The notes under the pieces are model-generated. The model worked only from the letters and a program-made list of their open reading frames with translations, ran no database searches and was not told where the DNA came from. The position numbers were made by a program, and so were the translations under genes. 64,000 bases of DNA from Polyangiales bacterium (GTDB taxonomy: Bacteria; Myxococcota_A; Polyangia; Polyangiales; Houyiibacteriaceae), in NCBI GenBank assembly GCA_045106895.1, contig JBGCFM010000046.1:68448-132447 (forward strand), read 5' to 3'. Of the stretch, positions 53,509-61,801 are shown in pieces. Each line of letters starts with the position of its first letter. The stretch's first letter is position 1.

Positions 53509-55214
53509 GGGCGGCTCTCCTCAGGAAGTGCGCGAAGCCGGAAGCTACTGGAGAGGGCGATGGAGCGAAGCGCATCGCGCATCGAAGCGCCGTCCTCGAG
53601 CTCTGCGGCGAGGTCGTTGATGCTGCACTCGTCCACCGGCTCTTCGTGACGCCGGAAGGTGTAACGGAAGTACTGCGTCGCGAAGCAGCGGTTCGACTTC
53701 GGACTCTCGGCGATAGCGTCGCTCAGCTCGACGGGTGAGCCCATCACCGTCATGTCGCCGTCGATGTTGGGAACAGCGACGGTGTCCAGGGCGGCTTCCC
53801 CGAAGTCGACGCCCTCGGAGGTGACGACGCGCTCGACGTCGCGAAAGCGACCGAGGCCATCGAAGGCTTCGAGGACGTATCCGAGCGGAGTAAACGCGGC
53901 GTGGCATCCGGAGCACGGCTGATTGACGACCTTGCTGGCGAACACATCTCGTGTGCTCGCTCCTTCTTCAAGGGGAGGTGGCTGAAGCGCATCGGGTGGC
54001 AGGTCGTTGGGGGGTGGCAACACCGTGTCGCAGAGGATCTCCCGTCGAAGGAACGCGCCGCGTCGAAATGGATTCGTCGAACCGTCGGCCGTTTGAAGCA
54101 TTCCTGCGCGCGTGAGGAGACCCGACCGTTCTCCGGCTGGAAGAAGCGGTGCCTCGCCCACACCATCCCATGACTCGACGCCGTAGATGCCGGCGAGGCG
54201 TTCGCTCTGAGCAAAGGAGCGCTCCGAGCGAAGAACATCGTCCCAACCGTCTTCGTTGCCCAAGTGAAAACGAATAAGCGCTTCGACTTCTTCGCGCATC
54301 TCAGCGCCAAGACCGTCGGTATCGAGGCCTTCAGAGAGGATCGTAAGACGAGGGCTGCGGCCGAAGTCGCCGCGCTCAAGGTGTAGCCACTCGAGGAAAA
54401 AGCGCTCGATGGAGTCACTGGTGCGCTCATCGTCAAAGAGCTGCTGCACCACCTCCTCGTAGCCGGCATCGCTGTCCAACACGCCGGCCTCCGCCATTGT
54501 AATCAGCGCCTCGTCCGGCGGCGCGCCCCAGAAGTGATAGGCGAGTCGCGTGGCGAGTTCGGCGCCCGTCAGATGGAGCGTGTTGCCGTCGCGGACTCCG
54601 AGATTTTCAAAGCGATACAAGAACTCCGGTGCCATCAGCGTGGTAAACACGAGCGCGTGAATAGCCTCGAAGCCGGGAAACTCGTCGAAGAGCGCTAGCG
54701 CACGAGTTCGCTCTTCGTCGGTGGGTGAACGGCGAAGTGCACGGGTCTGAAACGACTGCGCAAAGGCAGCAAAACACTCGGCGTCCAATGCGCTGCGGGC
54801 ACATTCCCCAGCCACATCGACGCGCGATTCTTCGTCCGCCGCGCTCAGCGTTCCAGCGGCATCGGCTACTCGGTAGTAAGCGGAGATGTGCTGGTCGCTC
54901 GTTCGTTGGTCGAGACGGCGAAAGCTCTCCCCCTCCTCCGCGGCGTCGACGGGAAGTCCCCCGAGGGCGTCGTTCAGCTCCGCCGCGACTCCGTCGCCGA
55001 GGATTTCGCGCAGCGTTCGTTGGTATTCGTCCGCCGCAAGTCGGCCGAGCGGCATCTCGGCTGCGTAAGGCCCATCGTCGCACTCGACGACGGTGGGCGG
55101 GCAATCACCGTTCTGGCACACGCCTGGGGTGTCCGGTGGGTTTCCGGCGTCCGAGATCGTCCCAGTGCAGGCGGCCACGGCAAAAGGAAGGAGGAGTAGG
55201 GTTCGGTACGGCAT
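53505..55214 (-). CDS. DUF1592/DUF1588/DUF1595/DUF1585 multi-domain lipoprotein with CxxCH
   Basis: VAAC-TG; RL...EY..TL.EILG, PEFLYRFE, ELATRLAY.FW.APPD, RSGLLT.AG.L, TNP.RRG.F....LC, CSGCH, PLG..LE.FD.LGRFR. Confidence 0.9.
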   Translation of the reverse strand: MPYRTLLLLPFAVAACTGTISDAGNPPDTPGVCQNGDCPPTVVECDDGPYAAEMPLGRLAADEYQRTLREILGDGVAAELNDALGGLPVDAAEEGESFRRLDQRTSDQHISAYYRVADAAGTLSAADEESRVDVAGECARSALDAECFAAFAQSFQTRALRRSPTDEERTRALALFDEFPGFEAIHALVFTTLMAPEFLYRFENLGVRDGNTLHLTGAELATRLAYHFWGAPPDEALITMAEAGVLDSDAGYEEVVQQLFDDERTSDSIERFFLEWLHLERGDFGRSPRLTILSEGLDTDGLGAEMREEVEALIRFHLGNEDGWDDVLRSERSFAQSERLAGIYGVESWDGVGEAPLLPAGERSGLLTRAGMLQTADGSTNPFRRGAFLRREILCDTVLPPPNDLPPDALQPPPLEEGASTRDVFASKVVNQPCSGCHAAFTPLGYVLEAFDGLGRFRDVERVVTSEGVDFGEAALDTVAVPNIDGDMTVMGSPVELSDAIAESPKSNRCFATQYFRYTFRRHEEPVDECSINDLAAELEDGASMRDALRSIALSSSFRLRALPEESRP

Positions 55215-55292
55215 GGGCGGTTTTTGGCCCATGGTGATCAGGCCTCTCAACACGCGTAGGTGCCGCCGAACGCGGAAGTGGCTCAAATTACT

Positions 55293-55326
55293 TCGGCCCA
55301 CACGCCGATTTGGGCGTGTGGGCCGA
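55293..55326. terminator. Perfect 14-bp GC hairpin (terminator or mRNA-stabilising stem)
   Basis: TCGGCCCACACGCC-GATTTG-GGCGTGTGGGCCGA, about 50 nt after the stop of the 55378-57225 gene; no clear U-tract. Confidence 0.55.
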
Positions 55327-55377
55327 CACGAGTGCATGCCTGCTGCGCGAGGAAACGCTCCCCAGGCCGAGCCTTCC

Positions 55378-57225
55378 CTACATCGAGAAGGTGTAGGTGT
55401 TGCTCGTGTGAAGCTCGAGGATTCCGATGGACATGCTGTTCACGTTCACGGCGACATGGTCGCGGTTGTCGGGGTGCCACAAGAATATGCTGTGGGACCA
55501 GATCCCGGTGTGAACAGGACCGCGAATCTCGTGCTCGACGGGGTACCCACCTGGATACAGCGGACTCTCGTTGCTGAGACGAAGCATGTTCTGCCGGTCG
55601 CCGGTGTCCATGTCGATGACCACCAAGGTCTCCGAGTTGCCGCCGGCGGTCCAGAGAAGATTCGTCTCGTTGTCCCAGACGAACCAATCATTGCCCATGG
55701 CGTTCATGCCCGTGCCGCGTTCGTCACCGTCACCGACGCCGCTGACGAGGGTTCGGAACCCCGTGTCCGGGTCCACGGAGTAGAGGCGCGTGCCGAGAAC
55801 GGTGAACATCACGATGACGGGGTCGTGGTCTGGCCGCTCAATCCAGCTGATGCCGCGGATGTTCTGCGACTGAAAAGTCGCGCCGCCGCCGATGTCCGGC
55901 AGGCCGCCCGCGCCGTGCATTCGCATGATGGGCGTGCAGGCGCTTCCGTCGGCATCGATTCGTACGATGCCATCCCCCTGCTCAGAATCTCGGAAGCTGA
56001 GGTAGAAGTTGCCCGCTGGGTCCATGGTGAAGGAGCGGTGGTTGTACTGAACGGAGCGTAGGTCGTCTGCGTCGTCGGGGAAGCGTTGGCACTGGCCGAA
56101 CTCCTCATGCGCGCCGCTCAGAATCCTCTTGTGCCAAACCAAGGTTCGGTCGCCTGTCTCCGGGTCCACACGAATGATCTCGATGTTGTCGCCGCCGTCC
56201 GCACCGTAGGTGTACCAGAAACCATCGCCGCCGACCTTGACGTCGAAGATGTATGGGAAGGGCGCCGTGTGACGGTCCGCGCCGGCAACGGTGACGTTGC
56301 TCTCATAGCCGCCGCCGACAGTCACGTAGCCCGTCGGCGTGTCATTGAGACCAGAGATGACCCTTCGTGCGCCGGTGTCCACGTTGACGCCCCAGATAGC
56401 CCCGGCGGACTGAGTGTAGGTCTCGTCACTCCAGTTGATGGTCATCACATACTCCCGAGTGCTGACGTCGACGAAACCGCCACCGGCTTCCCGGGAGAGA
56501 CGATTGATGTCGGCCATTCGCGGCCCCGAGCCCCATGCGTGTCCATCTAGATGGGAGACGCCCGGCGGCCAGCAAATGGGCTGTCCACCCTGCTGTGCTT
56601 CGTTGCAGCGGCAGTCCACGGGCAGGTCGGTGCGGTTGTTCTCGTACTGCTCGATGGTGCAGTTGTCGTAGTAGAACTCGGAGTCTTCGACGGTTGTGCT
56701 GCTGATGAAGTGAAGGTTCGCGACCGCCTCCATTGGGTTGCCATCTCTGTCGATGATGAGCGGGTCCTCCGCATCGAACTCGTTGCCTACTCCTTGGTCG
56801 TCGTACACGGCCAAGTGCAGATCCTGGCGCGCCACCCAGTTCTCAGGGTTGTCGAGCAAGATTCGGTTCTCACTGAACTGACTGACGCGGGTGTGAAAAA
56901 GCTCCTCACCTCGCTCGCCTTCGTCGTCCGCGTACACGACGACCCAGCCGCGATGGTCGAGGTAGATGCGCGGAATCTCGGCCTTGTCACGCAGTCTCGT
57001 CTCCCACGGAGAAGCCAACTCCCAGAACGCGATGGACTCGGGTCCAGCATCCGCTTCGGCGTCCGCGCCGGCGTCCGCGCCGGTCCCGGAATCCGAGCCA
57101 ACACTCGAGTCAGGCCCCGGTCCCACCCCAGAATCAGGGTCGAGGCCGTCGCCGGGGCAGCCCCCAAGGACTAACGGGAGAGTCGAAAGCGCCAGCACCA
57201 GAATCTTCGTCGGGTTTTGCATCAT
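55378..57225 (-). CDS. Large lipoprotein with beta-propeller-like repeats
   Basis: LGGC-PG lipobox, DSG/DAG linker; repeats VNVDTGARRVIS, VDPETGDRTLVW, VDPDTGFRTLVS, IDMDTGDRQNM. Confidence 0.7.
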   Translation of the reverse strand: MMQNPTKILVLALSTLPLVLGGCPGDGLDPDSGVGPGPDSSVGSDSGTGADAGADAEADAGPESIAFWELASPWETRLRDKAEIPRIYLDHRGWVVVYADDEGERGEELFHTRVSQFSENRILLDNPENWVARQDLHLAVYDDQGVGNEFDAEDPLIIDRDGNPMEAVANLHFISSTTVEDSEFYYDNCTIEQYENNRTDLPVDCRCNEAQQGGQPICWPPGVSHLDGHAWGSGPRMADINRLSREAGGGFVDVSTREYVMTINWSDETYTQSAGAIWGVNVDTGARRVISGLNDTPTGYVTVGGGYESNVTVAGADRHTAPFPYIFDVKVGGDGFWYTYGADGGDNIEIIRVDPETGDRTLVWHKRILSGAHEEFGQCQRFPDDADDLRSVQYNHRSFTMDPAGNFYLSFRDSEQGDGIVRIDADGSACTPIMRMHGAGGLPDIGGGATFQSQNIRGISWIERPDHDPVIVMFTVLGTRLYSVDPDTGFRTLVSGVGDGDERGTGMNAMGNDWFVWDNETNLLWTAGGNSETLVVIDMDTGDRQNMLRLSNESPLYPGGYPVEHEIRGPVHTGIWSHSIFLWHPDNRDHVAVNVNSMSIGILELHTSNTYTFSM

Positions 57226-57408
57226 TGTCTTTCTGTGAGGGGACAGTGTGCGTTTCTCGGATGCAGGACGCCGTAGTGAAAAGTGCCACTCGCGACGCTG
57301 GACTTGGTCGTGACCGAGGAAGTGTGTCGGCCATCGAAGGAACGCATCGTACGGACGCGAGGCGACCGGCTGAAGGCTGTGGATGCGCTTGGGTTAGTAC
57401 TCGGAGGT

Positions 57409-57822
57409 CTACGCCGCTCGACCCAGGAGCGCGCACGCGGCGATCGTCAACGCGCCGCCTAGGCTGCGAGCCTTGCCCATGGCCATGAAGGCTGCGCGGA
57501 ATCGGCTTTGGCCGTCTTGCCCGCTGCCGGGCCCTGCGACGCCCACCGAGAGCGGCGTCTTCCAGCGCAGCCGAGCGGTCTCTGCCCAGATCACGCTCTC
57601 CGCTTCTGTCTCGTCCCGAACCGCTACTACGCCATCGCGCGTCGGCCAGAGGAAATGAAGCCGCTCGGGATCGCTCAAAAGGAGAAGCGAACGCAGCTCT
57701 TTGCCTTCGTCACCACGAAAGACGACGACGCTCGTCGGACCGTTCGTGATCTCGAGGATTTCGTCGATGGCGTCGGTGAGACGCGCGGAGTGGTGGGGCA
57801 GTGGAGTGATGAGTGAGGTCAT
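57409..57822 (-). CDS. Hypothetical protein, possible degenerate GGDEF-fold domain
   Basis: PTSVVVF ... AESVIWAETAR ... LSVGVA ... RAAFMAMGKARSLGG; no GGDEF or DxDxFK motif. Confidence 0.55.
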   Translation of the reverse strand: MTSLITPLPHHSARLTDAIDEILEITNGPTSVVVFRGDEGKELRSLLLLSDPERLHFLWPTRDGVVAVRDETEAESVIWAETARLRWKTPLSVGVAGPGSGQDGQSRFRAAFMAMGKARSLGGALTIAACALLGRAA

Positions 57823-57941
57823 GGCGTGTTTCTCATGGTGGATGTGTCGTATCCGGGCCTTCCCCGAGAACTATCGCAAGCATCGTGCCGAGCGTGTTCG
57901 CGCGGAAGCGGCGCGAAAACGCCGCGATCTAGTGACCATTC

Positions 57942-57967
57942 GTTGACAAGTTGACGCTCCCGTTGAC
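57942..57967. promoter_or_regulatory. Three GTTGAC direct repeats in a divergent intergenic region
   Basis: GTTGAC at 57942, 57950 and 57962. Confidence 0.4.
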
Positions 57968-58051
57968 GGTTTTGGACAGCGTGGGCGTCGGCGGCTGAAA
58001 GACACACCGGAAGCGCTGGAGCCCAGCGAAAGCCCTGCTATGAGGCGGACC

Positions 58052-59659
58052 ATGCTTTTCACCGAGAGACTTTCCCTGAGCTTCGGAAGCCGTCCGCTCT
58101 TCGAAAACGTCGACATCAAGTTCACGCCGGGCAACTGCTACGGCCTCATCGGGGCCAACGGCGCCGGCAAGTCGTCGTTCCTCCGCTGCCTCTCTGGCCA
58201 GCTGGACCAGTACAGCGGCCGCGTCGAGATCGGCAAGGGCCAGCGGCTGAGCGTCCTCGACCAGGACCACAGCAAGTACGACGACGTCAAAACTCTCGAG
58301 ACGGTGATCCGTGGGCACGAACGTCTCTACGCCGTCATGAGCGAAAAGGACGCGCTCTACGCCAAGCCGGACTTCAGCGATGAAGACGGCATGAAGGCGG
58401 CGGAGCTCGAAGGGCTCTTCGGAGACATGGATGGCTGGAACGCGGAGACCAGCGCCGCCCAGCTCCTCTCGTCCCTCGGCATCGTCGAGTCCAAACACAA
58501 CATGCTTCTGCGCGACCTTGAGGACGGCGAGAAGGTTCGTGTTCTCCTCGCCAAAGCGCTCTTCGGTGAGCCTGACGTTCTGCTCCTCGATGAGCCGACC
58601 AACCATTTGGACGTCGACACCATTCTCTGGCTCGAAGATTTCCTTCTCGACTTCAAGCACACCGTCATCGTCGTCAGCCATGACCGCCACTTCTTGGACA
58701 AGGTCTGCACGCACATCGCCGACGTCGACTTTCAGAAGGTTCGTCTCTTCACGGGCAACTACACGTTCTGGTATCGAACTAGTCAGATGGCCCTTCAGCA
58801 GCGCCAAGACGCCAACAAGCGCAAGACCGACAAGATGAAGGAGCTGAAGGACTTCATTCAGCGCTTCAGCGCCAACGCGTCGAAGTCCAAGCAGGCCACC
58901 AGCCGCAAGCAGCTCCTCGACAAGATCTCTCTCGACGACATTCAGCCCTCGTCGCGTAAGTACCCCTACATCACCTTCAACAGCGAACGGAAGCTTGGCA
59001 AAGACGTCCTCTTCGTCGATGGCATTAGCAAGAGCCTCGACGGGCAGACGCTGTTCAAGGACGTGCGCCTAAACGTGAGCAAGGGCGAAAAGATCGTCGT
59101 CACGGGTTCAGATACTGCGACGAACGCGTTCATCCGGATTCTCGCTGGCCTCGACGACCCGGACGAAGGCGAAGTGAACTTCGGCAACTCCGTCAACCTC
59201 GCGCACTTGCCCAAGGAGTACGGCGACTTCTTCGACACGGACAAGAACCTCGTCACTTGGATGCAGCAGTACAGCGAGAACGCCGAAGAGAACTTCGTGC
59301 GCAGCTTCCTCGGCCGAATGCTCTTCAGCGGCGAAGAGAGCCAGAAAGCGGCGCGGGTCCTCTCCGGCGGCGAAAAGGTTCGCTGCATGATGGCGCGCAT
59401 GATGCTTCAGGACCCGAACTTCTTGCTCCTCGACGGTCCCACGAATCACCTCGACCTGGAGTCGATTCAGGCGTTGAACAATGGTCTCGAGAAGTTCGAA
59501 GGCTGCATCATCATGGTCAGCCACGACGTTCAGTTCGTCGATACGCTCTGTGACCGAGTCATCGAGCTCGATGGCGACAACTACTACGACCTCGGCATGG
59601 GCTACGAAGACTACCTCGCGAACGAAGCGCGCCTGATTCGCGCTGGCAAGATCGTATGA
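58052..59659 (+). CDS. ABC-F family ATPase (YbiT/YkpA-like)
   Basis: LFENVDIKF.PGNCYGLIGANGAGKS, LYAKPDFSDEDG.KAAELE, LLDEPTNHLD, FSANASKSKQATSRK, PSSRKYPYI, LGRMLFSGEE, LSGGEKVRCM; no TM segments. Confidence 0.95.
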   Translation: MLFTERLSLSFGSRPLFENVDIKFTPGNCYGLIGANGAGKSSFLRCLSGQLDQYSGRVEIGKGQRLSVLDQDHSKYDDVKTLETVIRGHERLYAVMSEKDALYAKPDFSDEDGMKAAELEGLFGDMDGWNAETSAAQLLSSLGIVESKHNMLLRDLEDGEKVRVLLAKALFGEPDVLLLDEPTNHLDVDTILWLEDFLLDFKHTVIVVSHDRHFLDKVCTHIADVDFQKVRLFTGNYTFWYRTSQMALQQRQDANKRKTDKMKELKDFIQRFSANASKSKQATSRKQLLDKISLDDIQPSSRKYPYITFNSERKLGKDVLFVDGISKSLDGQTLFKDVRLNVSKGEKIVVTGSDTATNAFIRILAGLDDPDEGEVNFGNSVNLAHLPKEYGDFFDTDKNLVTWMQQYSENAEENFVRSFLGRMLFSGEESQKAARVLSGGEKVRCMMARMMLQDPNFLLLDGPTNHLDLESIQALNNGLEKFEGCIIMVSHDVQFVDTLCDRVIELDGDNYYDLGMGYEDYLANEARLIRAGKIV

Positions 59660-60177
59660 GCGAGCGCTTTCGCATCCGCGGGCTCCACGCTCGCGATGCC
59701 GAAGCGCTCTGGCGTCTCGATCAAGTCCTTGTCGAAGACGGTCGCGGGATGGTCATGGGACCAGGCGACCTGCCGCAGACGCTCGCCGACAAGGAAGCGC
59801 AGGTTCACGCACAAATTGCCGACGCCTTCGCGTACACCATCGTCGGTATGCATCGCGAAACAGGGGCGCTCGCGGGTTACGCGGAGTGGAGCCGAATGCG
59901 TCCGCTCAAGATCCGTCACAACGTTGTTCTCGCCATGAGCGTGCTGCCCAAGTTTCAAGGCGAGGGGCTTGGGACGCAGCTTCTCCGTCAGCTCGTCGAC
60001 GATGCGCGCCGCGCCGAGCCCGCGATCACTCGCATCGAGTTGGGCGTCATCGCCGACAACGCACGCGCGCGTGCCCTCTACGAGAGCGCTGGCTTTCAGC
60101 TGGAGGGCGTGCGGCGCGCGTTTGTGCACGATGAACGCGGACAACGTGATGATTGCTTGATGTCGCTGCTCCTCTGA
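59656..60177 (+). CDS. GNAT-family N-acetyltransferase
   Basis: RH...LAMSVLPKFQGEGLGT, IELGVIADNARARALYESAGFQLEG; ATGA overlap with the ABC-F gene. Confidence 0.9.
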   Translation: MSERFRIRGLHARDAEALWRLDQVLVEDGRGMVMGPGDLPQTLADKEAQVHAQIADAFAYTIVGMHRETGALAGYAEWSRMRPLKIRHNVVLAMSVLPKFQGEGLGTQLLRQLVDDARRAEPAITRIELGVIADNARARALYESAGFQLEGVRRAFVHDERGQRDDCLMSLLL

Positions 60178-60212
60178 TGGCTATTCGGAGAGCTTGTCGG
60201 TATCCTTCGCCG

Positions 60213-60548
60213 ATGAGCAAGCTTACAAAGAAGCCGAAGGGGCCAGTCCTTTCGCGTCTCACGCAGACGCTGGTCGCAGGAACTGTCGCAATCTCGGGAT
60301 GTGGCGACGCCATCGGTGTGCCAGCCATGGACGCGGGTCCTGCCGATGCCGGGCCACCGACGGACGCGGCGGGGCCGGACGTTGGCTTCGATGCGCCCGC
60401 ACCAGGTGTGCCGGCCGCCGACGCCGGCCCGGACACCGAAGCCCCAGACCCGGGGTTGCCTCCCTTCGACGCCGGCCCTGACGCAGAGGCTCCCGCCCCT
60501 GGTCTACCCGCGCCGGACGCCGGCCCTGACGCTTTCGTCGGCATCTGA
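60213..60548 (+). CDS. Small repeat-only lipoprotein/precursor peptide A
   Basis: MSKLTKKPKGPVLSRLTQTLVAGTVAISGC-GD followed by (P)G[LV]P..DAGP(D) repeats; TATCCT 6 nt before the ATG. Confidence 0.75.
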   Translation: MSKLTKKPKGPVLSRLTQTLVAGTVAISGCGDAIGVPAMDAGPADAGPPTDAAGPDVGFDAPAPGVPAADAGPDTEAPDPGLPPFDAGPDAEAPAPGLPAPDAGPDAFVGI

Positions 60549-60568
60549 GCCCGTGGTATCGTTTTGGC

Positions 60569-60805
60569 ATGACGAAGCTCACCAAGAGACCCAAGCGTCC
60601 AGCGCTTAGCCGCGCGAAGACCACCCTGGCGGCGACGACCCTTGTCGTCGCGGTCGCTGGATGTGGGGACGACGATATTGTCGTCGTTGGGACTTCTGAC
60701 GCCGCGCCGGATGTGACGGTGGAGAGCGATGCCGGTCCAGACATCTCGGACGCGGGCAACGACTCCGCTCCGCCGCCCGGTCTGATGGCACCCGACGCTG
60801 ACTGA
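60569..60805 (+). CDS. Small repeat-only lipoprotein/precursor peptide B (paralogue of A)
   Basis: MTKLTKRPKRPALSRAKTTLAATTLVVAVAGC-GDDD...DAAPD..DAGPD..DAG..PPGLMAPDAD; TGgTATCGT 6 nt before the ATG. Confidence 0.75.
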   Translation: MTKLTKRPKRPALSRAKTTLAATTLVVAVAGCGDDDIVVVGTSDAAPDVTVESDAGPDISDAGNDSAPPPGLMAPDAD

Positions 60806-60809
60806 AGGC

Positions 60810-61796
60810 GTGGTGGAATCAAACGAGGGGCCACTCGGCGTCGACCCCGAGTGGCAAGCGTGGGCCGCGGAGAACCTCATCGAAGGTGCGTCGCCGGCGG
60901 AAGTGAGCGCCGCTCTTAAAGAAGAAGGCGTCCCGAGAGTGCTCGCGGAGCGACTCGTCGCTGAGCTTGGCGCCTCGCCCTTGCTGGCGCTGGGTCGCTC
61001 GCTCCTGCCCCGCACCCAGGGGCTTGAACAGATCTTGCGTATGGAACACGAACGCCTGCGCAACTTCGTCATCTCTCGCATTCCGACACCGAGCGCCGAG
61101 CACTTTCACCGCTGTATTCGACCCGCGCATCGCCCCGTGGTTTTTGAGGGCTTCCTATCGCAGTCGCCCGCCGTGACGCGCTGGACCTTCGATTGGTTCG
61201 CGGAGCGTTTCGCGGGTCAGCCGATGAAGTACGTCAACACGAGCGGTCCGAGAGCGAAGAGCGTTGATGGGACGATGGATGGATTCATCCGCCTTATCCA
61301 AGAGGCGGAAGACGCGCACCACTACTACTCCGTGGCCCGGAACTTTGTCCTGCGGCAGGAGCCATTCGCGGAACTCTATGACGACTTCGTGTTGCCCAAG
61401 GGCTTCGTCAGCGAAGCCCACCATCGGCGCGCTAGCCAGATGTGGCTAGGCCCTGCGGGTACCCTGACGCCGCTTCACTTTGACACGAGCGACGTCGTCT
61501 TCTCCATGGTGCGAGGGGCGAAGCGCGTTCAGCTCGTGCCGCCCTGCGAGCTCTCCGTTTGGGGATTGCACGAGGCTCACATGCTGCACGAAGCGCAGTT
61601 CTCCGAGTTCGTCGAAGACGGTGGCTTGGTCTTCGATGTCGAGGTTCAGGCCCCCGACGCGCTCTTCTTGCCCGTCGGGTGGATGCACCGCGTCGTCGCC
61701 CTTGAGCCGTCGATCACGATGAGCATCAACGGATTCGAAGACAACAACGCGGCGTGGTATGCGCCCGGCGTCATTCAGCTCGGCGCGGAGAGTTAG
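60810..61796 (+). CDS. JmjC (cupin_8) Fe(II)/2-oxoglutarate oxygenase
   Basis: RPVVF.G, RWTFDWF, MWLGPAGTLTPLHFD (HxD), GAKRVQLVPP, DALFLPVGWMHRV (distal His); N-terminal helical extension WQAWAAENL. Confidence 0.9.
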   Translation: MVESNEGPLGVDPEWQAWAAENLIEGASPAEVSAALKEEGVPRVLAERLVAELGASPLLALGRSLLPRTQGLEQILRMEHERLRNFVISRIPTPSAEHFHRCIRPAHRPVVFEGFLSQSPAVTRWTFDWFAERFAGQPMKYVNTSGPRAKSVDGTMDGFIRLIQEAEDAHHYYSVARNFVLRQEPFAELYDDFVLPKGFVSEAHHRRASQMWLGPAGTLTPLHFDTSDVVFSMVRGAKRVQLVPPCELSVWGLHEAHMLHEAQFSEFVEDGGLVFDVEVQAPDALFLPVGWMHRVVALEPSITMSINGFEDNNAAWYAPGVIQLGAES

Positions 61797-61801
61797 GCTG
61801 G

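Noticed and set aside
57272..57290. Sigma-54-like TGGCAC on the minus strand upstream of the 57225 gene
   Set aside because: There is no TTGC/GC at the -12 position.
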